A stretch of 64,000 bases of DNA. It comes from Selaginella moellendorffii (taxonomy: Eukaryota; Plantae; Lycopodiophyta). The stretch spans positions 3,099,407 through 3,163,406 of the forward strand of contig NW_003314267.1 of the NCBI RefSeq assembly GCF_000143415.4, written 5' to 3'. Position 1 is the stretch's first letter; each line of letters opens with the position of its first letter. A model generated the notes under the pieces. The model did not search any database. It had not been told where the DNA came from and saw only the letters and a program-made list of their open reading frames with translations. Made by a program: the position numbers and the translations under genes. This document shows, piece by piece, positions 24,808 through 37,600 of the stretch.

Positions 24808-27242
24808 TTAAGAAGTGACCTTGCTGAGGGCTGCATGTTTCAAGTCTGGAAGGAAACCTGGCCTTGTGATATCCAAGGTGGGTGCAATGTCTCCAAGCAG
24901 CATGGCCACCACCCGTGACATTGCCGGACGGGCTGAGGGAGCTCCTTGAGTGCAGATCAACGAAACTGTCATCACTCTCTGCAGCTCTTCCTTCGGGCAT
25001 GTCTCTGGAGGAAGTTTCTCGTCGACTAGATCCAGCCATTGACCTTCCTCGTATAGCTCCCAAGCCTGTTGAAAATGTTCACGAATTTAATTCACTTAAT
25101 AGAGACTTTTACCCATTCCAGCAGAAATGACTTCTCAGGAGGGAGCTCAAAGTCGATGCTGCTCCGGCCGCTCAGTATCTCCAGCAAGAGGATCCCAAAT
25201 GAGTAGACATCGGCCTTCTCCGTCAACTTGCCTCGGAGGGCATACTCCGGTGCAAGATACCCGCTGCAGCAGAAAGAAAATTATTCCTGAAGAAATATAC
25301 AAACTTACAATGTTCCTGCGACCCTTGTGCTGAGATGAGTGTCTCCATCCTTGAGAAGCCGCGCCAGCCCGAAATCGGAAACCCTTGCATTGAATTCCTT
25401 GTCGAGAAGGATGTTGCTCGCCTTGATGTCCCGGTGCACGATTCGAGTCCTTGACTCCTCATGGAGGTATGCAATTCCACGCGCAACTCCTAGGCAAATC
25501 TCGTAACGTTTGGCCCACGGGATGTAGAGTTTGTTTGGGCCTGCCTAAGATATATTTCTCTAAATTTTAGCATTAATATGTGAACTTACCACTCAAGATA
25601 GCTAAGGCGAGACTATTGTTTTCAAGGAACTCGTAGACAAGAAGCCGGTGTTCTCCTTCACAGCAGAATCCGACCAGTCTAATCAAATTCTTGTGCTGGA
25701 GATAGGATATCGTTGAAACTTCATTGATAAATTCCTCGTTGGAAATTGAGTGAGCTTTTATTTGCAAGAACTTGATGGCAACTGGTCCAATTGTTTGTAT
25801 GATTCCCTGATTGATTTCACAACCACAAACCACATCAATATTTAAATTTATGTTGTATTTACCTTGTATACTACCGCAGATCCCCCTTCTCCCAGTTTAT
25901 TGGCTGCATGAAAATTTTTGGTGGCAGCAAGCAAAGTGCTGAAAGTATATCTTTGGAGCTTCGAGCTTGCAAAAGCGTTTGGTTCATCTAAGAAAAATCA
26001 AAGACAAGTTCAAGCTCATGCTAGTCTCACATGAAAAAAAGTTTAAAACTTGTCTCACTTTTGTAGAAACCAAGACGTCTACTTTGCCATATCACAACTA
26101 TGAGAAGACTTGTCAATCCGAATGTCAAGGCAGTCATAATAACAATCGACAAAACCTTGAACTTGTTTGTGGGTTTTGCATTTGGAACTGGTGCCTGTTT
26201 CACACAAAACTTGTTAGCTTTTAAGAAAACAAGAGAAAAACTCACTTGAAGCACTGCATTGGTAGGGGATTCCACAGGAGGTCCAGGGGGTCCATATATA
26301 TCGTCAAAATCACCTGTCTCTATTGCTGTTAGAGTAGATCTTTCGAGTTGTCAACTTACGATGACTGTCGGTTTTGCTCTTCCAAATGCTTTGAGCGCCG
26401 CCAGGTCCAGTTCCAAGATAAATCGTCAGTACTCCGTCTGGTCCAACTTCAAGCCAGACAGCCCCGGTTTTGATTTTTGTGAAAGTGGCAGACGACCATT
26501 TCGCAAATTCTGAAGTTCCAACAGTTGAGTTGTAGAGCACCAAGTTCCAATCCTGCTGGAGCCGGAGATAGCAATTAGGCTGCTGCACCACTGTGACTTT
26601 AGGCTGCCAAACCGTGTTGTTTGTAGTAGTTTCCATGACAGACAATTGGCAATTGTCCATCCTAAGCACAAATCTCTTGTCTGGTGATTCGATCATGCAG
26701 CCAGCATACAAGGTATCAAATGGAGAACCAGACAAGAGCATGCTATCGAAGCCATAGCAATATCCAACACCATCCTCCACAGTTGCGTTTTTGAGCGAGA
26801 CGCAGCCATACGGTTGTTCGCCCGAGACGTAACCCACCAGGAACTGGCCGTACAAAACATACCCCGTGCCATATGATCTCTCCATGAGCTCGTCGAGCTC
26901 TTTCAGCGTTGCGTTGAAGCCCGCCTGGAGATCCTTCCCGGTTGCGGATCGGACCCAAGTGGAGTTTAGCGTCCGGCCGCACTGAGAGCGAGGATGGAAC
27001 AAGAGGGTGATGGAGATGTCATCTTCTGATGGAAATCGGCGGAAGGCGGAGCCCGCGTAGTAGGATAGATCGGGGTGGATGGTAGCCAGCAAATCCCCCA
27101 GTGCGTCCTTGATCACCCCCTTCTGGTATGTTGTCAGTTGGGAATTCTCTGCAAACAAGTGTAGCGATGCAAGGCATGGGATTACACAGAGGAGCACCAC
27201 ACACAATTGAGAAGATGCCGCTGCACTCATCCCGATTGCCAT
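24808..27242 (-). CDS. Bulb-type (G-type) lectin receptor-like Ser/Thr kinase, 8 exons, apparently intact
   Basis: Exons 27242-26360, 26313-26246, 26194-26059, 25987-25863, 25806-25590, 25540-25309, 25263-25113 and 25065-24808 splice in frame. Signal peptide; B-lectin ([22 protein letters not shown]); [25 protein letters not shown]; kinase [30 protein letters not shown]. Confidence 0.9.
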
Positions 27243-27759
27243 CCTCAACGAGGGAGTGACAATGTTCTTATTTTCGTTGCGTATACATAGTTGACAGCGA
27301 GCTCGACCAGACCGTGTTCCATGAGTAGACATGAGTGGACAGCCTTTATCCATGTGCCGAGCTCACTTCCTTAAGGCCTGTTTACACAGACAAGGGGGAA
27401 GTTAGTTCTTCACATTGCCGTGTTCGTTTCGTTTTCCCAGACTTTATCTAAGACGCAAAAATGACAAAGAGCAAAAGCAAACTTTGATGTGTGATGGCAT
27501 GACTGAAACTCTATGTCAGTCACCACATTAACTTCAGTTGCAGTCCATACGGTCCACTTCACGTGCTTCTTTGACTCAAAAGGAAATCCAGAAAAACTTT
27601 GTGTCATCCAGCTGAGCATGGCAATCAATTTGTAGCGTACATAAGGTTTTGTTTGGAGTCAAACAATCCTTATTACATTTTGATTTGATTGGGGTTCTGC
27701 CACATCAGTATGACACACGCCACCATATGGAATTAGGGAGAAGAAGAATCAAATGGCCC

Positions 27760-28224
27760 TGATGTTCCAGGAGAAAACATTGCAGCGCTCGGCAGTGTGG
27801 AAGACCTGTTGCTGGAGCACATGAAGAGCTTTCAACTCACTCATCCATGCTCTTGCAATTTGCTAGTTATAGAGGGCGTGAGCTGAAGCAAACAGTGGTG
27901 GGTGTGGACGAACTTGCCCTTGCACTGCTTCTTGCTTAGATTTATTCAAGGTCACAAACATGAGTTAAGAGTTCTCATTGTGATCTAGATAAAGTCCAAA
28001 GTTCTCATTTGATCTTAACTAAAGATACGCAAGAGAACTGTTTGCTGCAATGCCAAACCAGTGTAATGTTTCATGGGCTTCTCCGGTCCACTAAACGGCA
28101 GAAGGCAAGTGTTTGAAAAGATTCCTGATAGTGTGGAGCTCACTGGTGGCTGCTCATGCTCACATCAGAGGTACAAGAGTGCTATATAGTAATCTTTCAA
28201 ACTATGGAACTTGAAGGCTTAGAA
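27760..28224 (+). pseudogene. Decayed PLS-class PPR gene, 5' part
   Basis: Frameshifted RQVFEKIP..WSSLVAAHAH..IFQTMELEGLE. Resumes after the insertion at 34981 as VDEISFICICYGCKH. Confidence 0.6.
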
Positions 28225-28882
28225 TGTGAGGCACCAGATCAAGATAATAGGATAAAGAAAGAGTTTTATAATCAAGTGATCACCCTTTTAGCCAGTTAGT
28301 TTAAAGTGTAAGGGATAGAATCTTAACATTGGTATTGGAGAGGATAACAATCAAATGATCACCCCTTTAGCCAGTTGGTTTAGGGTGTAAGGGATAGGAT
28401 TTTAACATTGGTATCAAAGCATTCTACAAGAATATTCAATATAGTGGATCTAAAGAAAAATGATTTAAGTATGATTGTGGACAATTATTCCCTAGTGAAG
28501 GGAGGATTGTTAAGCACCAGGTCAGGATAATAGGATAAAAGAAAAAGCCTTACAATCAAATGATCACCCCTTTAATCAGTTTACTTAGGGTGTAATGGAT
28601 AGAATCCTAATATTAGTATCAAAGCCTAGTTTGATTCTCATGGCTAACAAGTGGGGTAAGAATATTCTAAAGGAATTCAACATGGTGAATCTAAAGGGAG
28701 AACCAAGGTTTGGTAAACCCTAAGAGAAGGACTATAATAACTGGAGGGTGGCTTAAAAATGATCATAAGCAATCATTCCCTAGTGAGGGGAGGATTGTTA
28801 AGCACTAGGTCAGAATAATAGGATAAAGAAAGGGCTTTACAATAAAATAATCACCCCTTTAGCCAGTTGGATTAGGGTGTAA
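28225..28882 (+). mobile_element. Tandem-array TRIM (family E; ~105-bp LTRs, Met-tRNA PBS, PPT)
   Basis: LTR units at 28225-28328, 28348-28407 (partial), 28508-28612 and 28796-28882. TTGGTATCAAAG-like PBS after LTRs and GAGGGGAGGAT-like PPT before them. Further LTRs at ~29907-30008 and ~34580-34657. Confidence 0.85.
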
Positions 28883-29905
28883 AATATGGTTAGTTTCTTT
28901 TTAAGTCTTCGCCTAAGTTAGTTGAGAAACTGGTCATTATGAGGGATAGTTAGGAGGTCGGTATTGTTAGTTCCTTTTTCAATTTTTGCCTAAAGTAGTT
29001 GAGAAATTGGTCATCATGTATGTACTTATGCTCGGTATGAGAAATGCATATGTTAGTTTACTCAATATTCACTAGATGATAGCTTACCATGTTTGCCAAA
29101 CACCTTGCTATCATGCATCTTGTATTAGTCTTATTCGGTCCCAATTGCTATTTATGGAAAGTGTCTAGATTTGCCAATTTAACATATCTATGGAATGTAG
29201 AGATTGTCTTGAACACAATGGTGTTAGTCCTGTATCCAAATTTACAATCTAGCACCATTCCATATTTAGTAAGTTTCCAGTTAATCCCAAAGACTAACTC
29301 CTAGCATATGCATTCCTCAAAGGGGTCAAAGGGGGGGCGGGAGGGGGGGTGGGGGGTGGGGTTGCTATGGGGTGTTCTAAATGTATAGTGATAATGAGTA
29401 AGTTGGGCATGGCTGATCAACCTGAGGCATAGTTTAACTTTCGCTTGCATGCTTGTTTTTGTTTTGCATTTAGCTTAAGTCTAAACCCAACTTCTATACT
29501 ATGCTAGCTAGTGGAATACCTATATTCTTATGTTATGCTATTGGTAAATGCCAGACTCCATTTGGCTCCGTTTTATGTGCTGATCCTAGCATTTGGATGC
29601 TAGATGCTATAGGACTATTCTAAGTCGCTCCATGCTCTTGTCCCTTTGCTCCTTAGGTTGTACACTTGAGAGTCATTACACACTTCAGTTCCTTCACTTT
29701 TTGGCTCCATGCTTAAGAATTTGGCTCCATCCTTTCATTCAATGGCCCAAGGCTTTGAAACTTGGGTTTTGCTCCACTATTCTTGGACACATGGCAAGTG
29801 GCATGTGGCATGTGACACATGGCACATAGAGGGTTTAGGTTCTACTTTGTAGTTATACTATAGTAAATCACTATAGGATAAAGGATGAAAATCACGTGCA
29901 CTACA
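28878..29905 (-). mobile_element. Family C probable solo LTR
   Basis: Reads TGTAGTGCACGTG...TTTTACA on the minus strand. Homologous to 3435-4290. No clean TSD. Confidence 0.6.
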
Positions 29906-30010
29906 ATTAGGCACTAGGTCAGGATAATAGGATAAAGAAAGGGCCCTATAATCAATTGATCACCTCTTTAATCAGTTCACTTAAGGTGTAAGGGATAGGA
30001 TCCTAATAAT

Positions 30011-33000
30011 ACATGCATCCCAAACATGGTGGTTCATAGTAAGAGCATGTGAGAACACTTGCATCATTCTCAACCTACAAAGAGTTTCGAGGAGTTCTTT
30101 GATATAGTTCATGGACTTAACAATGATAAGCATAAGTCTTGTAAGTGTTCGAAGAGTCCTTTTGTCGAGAATCATCTTGATGATCATCATGGATATAAGG
30201 ATGGAAACAAGTATCACAAGCTAAAGTCTGTGGTGGGTATTTCAGATGTAAAATGGTCAAAGAAGAAGAAGTTCTTTGTGAATAATTATAGATAGGGTTT
30301 TCATCATTACGGCAAGCTTGGATACCATAAGGTTGATTGTCCATAGTTGAGGAACAAGTAGTAGGGCAAAAAGAATGGCTAATCTTCTACTAACGGTAAG
30401 TCAGATTCAAAAAAGTTGTAAACTTTGCAACATGAAGATGATGAGGATAACCATTTTGGTAGGAGGAAGAGGCTTTCGATTGTTGCTCATCAATTCAACT
30501 ATGTCTGGAACGAGATGGAGCTTGAGGATACTCATAAATTAGCTTTAATGCAGAAGGGCATATTTCGTGGCAATCCCATACAAATTTTACTAGATAGTGG
30601 GAGCGATGACAACTTTGTTTAACAAAGTTTGTTGAGGAGTATGGCCTGGTGACACAAAGAGTTCTTCCATATATAGTGTAAGGTAGTTATATTTTCTTGG
30701 CATTTTGATGCTTGTGTAGAGGGGCTAGAAGTGTTAGTTGGCAAAACCACACTTCTGAAGATTTTTTATCTTGTGGATATCCATTTTTGGGATGCCATGG
30801 TTAATTGTAAGCTTCTAAATTTGGACTTCTTGGGAGGTCATCCAACCTAATACTATTCAAACCCAAGGACACTTAACCCCAAGTGTCATAGGACCCTTAA
30901 CTAATTGGAAAAGAGGGTGCATTTTATTTATGGGCCATTTCCCTCTATATTTGAACCTTATAGATTAAATCTCAAGTCATTCTCTTTGGTTGCTTACAAT
31001 TCACCACACTTTTTTACAAGCCCTCATGAACAAAAGGTGAGAGCCGCAACTCTCCTGAGAGCCCCACTCTCTTAACACCAATCGAGCCTAGCCAGAGTAA
31101 ATTAGACCTATCAAATATTAATCAATATGTGGTGTGAATCCTCTAGCCAACCAATAAAGTTAGACGTAAGACTTATTTGATACCAAATGTAAGCTCCCGA
31201 AAGGTCACCCAGCTTAATACTATTTAAATCTAAGGACACTTAGCTTCAAATATCTCAAAACTCTTAATTGATTGGAAGAGGGGGTGCATTTTTATTCATG
31301 ACCCCTTTCCCTCTATATTTAAACCCCATGAATTGTCTTTCAAGTCGTTCTTTTTAGTTGTTTGCATTAGTGAAGGTGGATCCAAAAATAAAGTGGAGTA
31401 TTAAGTGTGTCTTACTAGAGCACAGTAGCATTAAAGATGTGTGGTTTGGAGAGGGAGTTCAACCTTCAGTTGTTATGCTCTCTATTATATCTTTAAAGTG
31501 GGCTTGTTACAATGAAAAAACACTTTTAAATTACTTGTTGTTTGTTTGTAACTTAGGGGACTAAAATGTGTGTGGGGAAGAAGTGGTAGTATGGGATGTA
31601 TTTAAAGAGTTTTCCAATATTTTTCCATCTGAGCTTCCTCATGGGTTATCTCCATTATGAGGTCTGGAGCATGAGATTACATTGGAGCTAGGGATATGGC
31701 TAATTTATTGGCGTCCATTTTGGTTGAGTTATATAAAGGAGTAAGAAGTTCAATGACAAGTTAAGAAGTTACTTAAGTTTAGATTTATTTAGTTAAGTAA
31801 GTCTTTGTTTAATGCTCCAGTCTTACTTGTGAAGAAGAAAAATGGTTCAATACAAATGTATATTGACTACAGTGCCTTGAACAAGAAAATAGTGAAGGAT
31901 AAGATGCCGATGCCACGTGTAGATGATATTTTAGATAAGCTTGGTGAAGCATGAGTGTTTACCAAGATTGATCTGAGAAGTGGATATCATCAAATTGCAA
32001 TGGATAATGCATTTATTTCCAAGACAATATTAACCATAAGCTGTGGGAATTTTGAGTTTATAATTATGCCATTTGATTTGACAAATGCACTAACCACATT
32101 TACTCAGTTGATGACAAAGGTATTTGGGTGTTATCTTCACGAGTTTGTGGAAATTTTTTGGATGATATTTTTGTTTTGAGCAAGAATATGGAGGAATATA
32201 AGGTGCATTTGTGCAAGGTTTTTTTATTACTACGTGACATCAAACTTTATGCCAAGAGGAGAAAATATGAGTTTGCAAAGTCAAAGGTGGAATATCTAGA
32301 CCATATTATGACATTTAAGGGTGTCAAAACAGATTTAAGGATGGTGGAGAACTAGTCTACACTAACTTTAGTGGCCAAGTTATGGAACTTCTTTGGTATG
32401 GTTAGTTACTATCGATGTTTCTAGTACAAGTTTGTAAAGGTAGTTATTCCTTTGACACAGTTGTTGCGCAAAAACATGCCATTTAAATGGAAAAAGCCAC
32501 ATGAGGAAAGTTTTGTGGCATTGAAACGGTTATTGAGCAAGGCTTCATTACTTTGCATTGTTAATCCATCAAAACCTTATGAAGTGACATGTGATGCAAG
32601 TGGTTATGCACTAAGAGGAGTTCTTATGCAAAAGAGATAGCCTATTATATATAAGAGTTAAACTTTGAATTCTGCAGAACAACATTATTTTACATATGAG
32701 AAAGAGTTACTCTCAATTGTTCATGCTATGTGGATGTGGCAATACTATCTTTATGGTGTAGTGTTCATGGTGTTGATAAATCACAAACCTCTTGTGTATT
32801 TTTTCACATAGAAGGAGTTGAATACTAGCAAGCTTATTGGATGGTCAAACTTATAAAGTTTTGGGAGTTTCCTATTGGGCATTGTTTGGGAAAATTGAAT
32901 GTGGTGGTAAATGTTTTATCTTGTGTTTGCCATATGACAATGTTACAAACATGGTTTTGTCATTATTTGAGTAAAGTGGTCAACGAGTTTGAGTAGCTGG

Positions 33001-34565
33001 TTGAGTGTGCTCAAGCTCAAGATGCTGAGGTGGTATCTTTGTGAGACCAGCTAGAAGCACTTTTCTCACTGATGGATGGGATTCTTTACTACAATAGCCA
33101 TGTATATTTGCCACGGATGGATGCGTTAATTACGCAAGTTTTATTCCACTATCATGATCATCCAAAGGCTAGTCATTTTGGGGGGAAGAAGATGTATGAG
33201 TTGATTAAGTGCAATTTTTATTAGAGGAATATGAAGGCTAATATCTTCAAATATTGTAAATTATGCAAGCTTTGGTAGTGAGTAAAGGTGCCACAGAAGA
33301 AGTCAGGACTTTTGCAATTTTTACTTATTCTTCAAAGCCATTAATGTAGTATCTCTATGGACTTCATCACTTGTTTGCCATGAACATAGAGGCAAAAGAA
33401 GCAAGTATAGATTATAGTGGATTGATTGACAAAATATGTGTGATTGTTTGCTCTTCAGAAGATTATTATTGCCTCAGACTTGGCTATAGTCTACTTAAAG
33501 AAGGTTTTTCTTGATTTTGGTTTGCCGAAGGATATCATTAATGAAGATTCAAAGTTCATTAATAAATTTTGGAATAGCTTTACAAAGGTTATGCAAGTGA
33601 CTTTGAAACTCTCAAATGGAAACAATCTTAAGACGGATGGGCAAATTAAGCATGTGAATCAGGTGGTGAAGGATATATTACATTGTAGCATTGGTCAAAG
33701 GTAGGGATAATGGGATCTATATCTTATATTAGTGCAATTTGTTTATAACAATAACCAATGCAATGGAACTAAGCTAAATCCTTACTTTGCCATGTTTGGA
33801 AGGCATCCCCGAATAATGGTGGAGTTGATATTGCATTTAAGTAAGGATATTCAAGATAAGCTTGATTTCAAGGCAATTAATCTAGCCATAAAACTTGATG
33901 AGATTCTAGTGGTGTGCAAATGGAATTTGCAAGTAGCTCACAATGGAGCAAAGAAGTTTGCTAATGAGCATTGCCAATTCTAGGAATATAAAATGATTGA
34001 TCTTGTCTTTGTGCAAGTGATCTTTTTGTCAAGTGAGCGGCAAAACACCTTAGTGCCTTTGTGGAATGGGAAGAGTGATAAGCTTTTTCATCAGTATATT
34101 GGTCCATATAAAGTGTTGGAACACATTAGTAAGGTAGCTTATCAAGTGTGGTTGCCAACTGAGGTGAAAATTCATTCAGTATTTTATGTCAGCTAGTTAA
34201 AAAATGTACTAATTTAGAGTGAAGGGCCTAATGCCTCCTTGATGTATACGGCTGTAAAAGATGGACTAGGAGCTTGAGCAAGGTTCCCTAGAAAGGGTTT
34301 TCATCAGTATGACTAGTCTGGGGGGGAAGAATTCTTAGGTGCCAACTTTGACCACGTGGTCAATGTTGGTCAAAGGGAAGCTCAAGGGTATATTAACGTA
34401 TATCAGGGTAAGGAACTTAACCTATCCTAAGGCTCACAATGGAGTGGTGGTGTAATAAAGCTTTTGAGGTAGCTTGGGGGTGGTTTGGTGGTGAAGAATC
34501 TCAAGAAGAGGTATAGTATAATCTAGGGAGACTAGATCTTTGTCTTTTTATGCTAGATCATAACA
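30011..34565 (+). mobile_element. Ty3/gypsy family D, second decayed copy with 3' LTR (~34332-34565)
   Basis: Colinear with 15071-18742. G-run PPT at ~34320. LTR ends GATCATAACA. Confidence 0.9.
30806..31366 (-). mobile_element. Cassandra-type TRIM with 5S rRNA-derived promoter boxes
   Basis: LTRs 30806-30998 and 31188-31366. PBS TTGGTATCAAA and a PPT on the minus strand. Degenerate TSD TTAAT/TTAGT; the empty site TTGGT is visible at 15560 in the other family D copy. 30823-30878 aligns ungapped to the 5S A/IE/C box region. Confidence 0.85.
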
Positions 34566-34669
34566 TTGGTATCAAAGAAAATAAAGAAAGGGCCCTATAA
34601 TCAAGTGATCACTCCTTTAGCCAATTGGCTTAGAGTGTAAGAGATAGGATTCTAACATTCTCCAACACC

Positions 34670-34975
34670 AGTATTATTTTGACCTGGTGTCTAACAATCC
34701 TCCCCTCGCTAGAGAATGATCATTTACAATCATTTTTAGACCACCATCTAGTCATATGGTCCTCCTTTTAGGGTTTACCAAACCTTGATTCTCCCTCTAG
34801 ATGCATCATAGAATATTCTTTCAAAATATTCCTACCCCATTTGTTAGCCATGAGAATCAAACTAGACTCCAATACTAATGTTAGGATATTATCCCTTACA
34901 CCCTAAGTCAACTGGCTAAAGGGGTGATCATTTGATTGTAGGGCCCTTTGTTTATCCTATTATCCTAACCTAACA
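34670..34975 (-). mobile_element. Family E TRIM, inverted copy
   Basis: Minus-strand LTR ~34879-34975, PBS, ~180-bp internal region homologous to 28613-28795, PPT, and partial LTR 34670-34696. Confidence 0.8.
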
Positions 34976-36150
34976 TAGAAGTTGATGAGATATCTTTTAT
35001 TTGCATTTGCTATGGTTGCAAGCATGTAGTGACCATGGGATCAAGCCTCTTAAAGATCACTATTGGCTGATGATTAATCTTCTATGACAATCGAAGCCAC
35101 GCTAGAACTTGTCAAAACCATGCCTTGTTATGGGAGAGTTTTCTTGGAGCTTGTAAGATCCATTTCAACGTGAAACAAGCATACCCAGCCAAGAAATTCT
35201 TGGAGCTCAATCCAAGCCATAAAGGACCTTAGCAAAACATCTATGGAAAGCTTGGGATGGACAACTATGAGAGGGCTGATGAATGAGTGAGGTGTAAAGA
35301 AGCAAGCTTGGGAGGGCTTGCTGAGGCTGGAGGAAGGATTTGTGCACAGGTTTGCAACTTCCTCAAGTTGAGAAGATATCTAAGAACTTTCAAATCAAGG
35401 CCACAAGCTATGCTCTAGATATTAAGGAAATTCTAAAAGAGGAGGAATTGTGAGGAAGTTTGCCACCATCTTTGTTCAATCTAAGCTTGATAGGAGGATC
35501 CATCTTATGGATCAAGAAGGTGGTGGAAGATGGGCTGCTTAAAAAAATTTGATTGATTTGCACTGTAGTGGCATGCAACTCTTCTGTGACAAGTGCATGA
35601 AACATGTAGTAGGAATCTTGGGCAAATGCTCACTCATAATCTGGAGTGCATAAAACAATGCCCATTATCACTCTTGGCTGGACTGGAAGGAAGTGCTGTA
35701 GAAAAGAAACAAAAAGCTTATGCATGTAGCCCATGCATAGGTGAAAAAAACATATTTACATGATATTTTAGAAGCATGTCTGCCCTGCAATGCTTGTTCC
35801 CATGTAAGTTCAGGATGTATCTACCTCCCTATTAGGGCCAGGTTGGAATTGCTTACAACAAATTGATTGCTATAGCTGAGCTAATGTTAATTGCCTGAAG
35901 CAAAGGCTGGTGCCTTGCTAGTAATAGTGCTGCTTGGACATGTGGGATCATAGTGAGAATACTCAAGAATTCTAAGAATTTCTTCAAGCAAAGAACAATG
36001 CAAGGATGATTTGGTTTTTGTTGCTCGGTTTCTGGTTGACGATGTGCTTACAATGCTACAACCTCATGCTTATTTCTAGGCAGGCAATTATTGGTTCACT
36101 TGGCTGTCTATTCTGTCATTTTAATTAGTCTACACCAATACAATTGTTCT
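34976..36150 (+). pseudogene. Decayed PPR gene, 3' part
   Basis: Continues 28224 across TSD TAGAA. A NACSH motif lies near 35790. 35990-36140 has a diverged paralog at 63765-63977. Confidence 0.5.
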
Positions 36151-37389
36151 CTATTTTATTTTCTTGGCTTATTTGCAAGGATCTGCAAAGTAGATCTTTG
36201 TGATGATAAAAACTCCATTTTTGTTCCTGTGATAGATGGAAGTATCTATCAAGAGTTTAGCTACAATGACAAGCCTAAATTACATGGGCTTTTTTTAGTA
36301 AGCTCCCAAGACAGAGTGAAAAGCCAAACATAATGAGACATGTTATGGTAACCCACATATATTGCATGACTGTACTTTAGGTTCTGGCTCTTCTCTTGCT
36401 ATAGAATTGGTGTTCTATCGAAGCGGGATGTAAGGATCCAGAAAGATGGGGGATGCATCCAGCTCTGCCAGCAAGCCATTTGTTTTCAATGTTGTGGAAG
36501 AAGCTTATAAAGACATGCCTATGTCTTCAAGGTGTGTATGGGATTGTGGACAGCTCTGAGGTAGAACCTCATGTTGGAATTGGAATAGAGGCCCAGAAGG
36601 TCCTTAGGGACTAGAGAATTAGGAAGGAACAGGCTATGGGGAGCATTTGCACCTACCTTAGTCATGGGATCCTACTTAAGGTAAACATGGATAAAAGAGC
36701 TGCTCATCTCTAAACATGGCTCAATGATTTGTATGGCAAGAAATCTGATATGGAAGTGATGAAAATTCATTCAGTTTTGGAGGCTTGCATTTTTTAAGAT
36801 GGTGGGGATATGTAGTAGCATGCAGACTCTCTAAGTAGACTATTTATAGATTTAGTTGCTCAAGGCAAGGAATATGAGGTTCCTGACTCCATGCACAAAC
36901 TCTGAAAGCTTAACGTGTCTCTGAAGCTATATAAAAAAATTTGGCATTCAAGTGAAATTTTTAATTTACAATTGCTGTATAACACAGCCTTTTAGTTGTC
37001 ATTGCCTTTTATTTTGCCATTGATTTCATGTTGCTATCTTTGCGCTTATAGTTTTGGTAATACACAACATTGACCCATTTCATAGCCATCATACACCCAT
37101 ATGAAGGGTCATGCAAGTAGGATCCTAGTCACCCTTTTTATGAATTCATGGATTTTACCCACCTTCTCATTCATTAAGTTCACAATGTCACAACAAAACA
37201 AAAGACTAGGAAAATTGGCATAATACAAGGTAATTAAGTTCTTCTCATAGTGTGTTTATTTGTAGCTAATTCTATAGTATTGCAGTGCAAGTTCAACCAA
37301 CTGTAAGGACCATTGGGTAGGCAAAGACAATCTTTAACAATTGTTACAACATAAAATACCACAACTAATAGCAACTACTAATAGGTTGT

Positions 37390-37600
37390 ACAATATGGGT
37401 TGACTATCTTGTATTACTATCATAGTATAGGTCATGAACATGATGGGAATGGCTATTAGATTTTAGGGAATATTTACAGGTGATATTCTAGAAGTATCTT
37501 ATCTTATATGTGCGTAGACCTAGATTCAGCCAATGCAGTGTTGTCATCTGGACAATGCCAGGTTATATGTGGCAGTTTGCAATTGTCTACATATGGTTTA
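37390..37600 (+). pseudogene. Possible PIF1/Helitron helicase C-terminal remnant
   Basis: Broken frames resembling AITIHKSQG and VDLDSANAVLSSGQ..LYVAV (motifs V-VI). Confidence 0.3.

Noticed and set aside
28225-28882. Repeat-spacer pattern suggestive of a CRISPR array
   Set aside because: Units are ~105-bp TG..CA LTRs with PBS and PPT (tandem TRIM). The context is eukaryotic and there are no cas genes.
30823-30878. 5S rRNA gene
   Set aside because: Only the internal promoter portion is present, embedded in TRIM LTRs.
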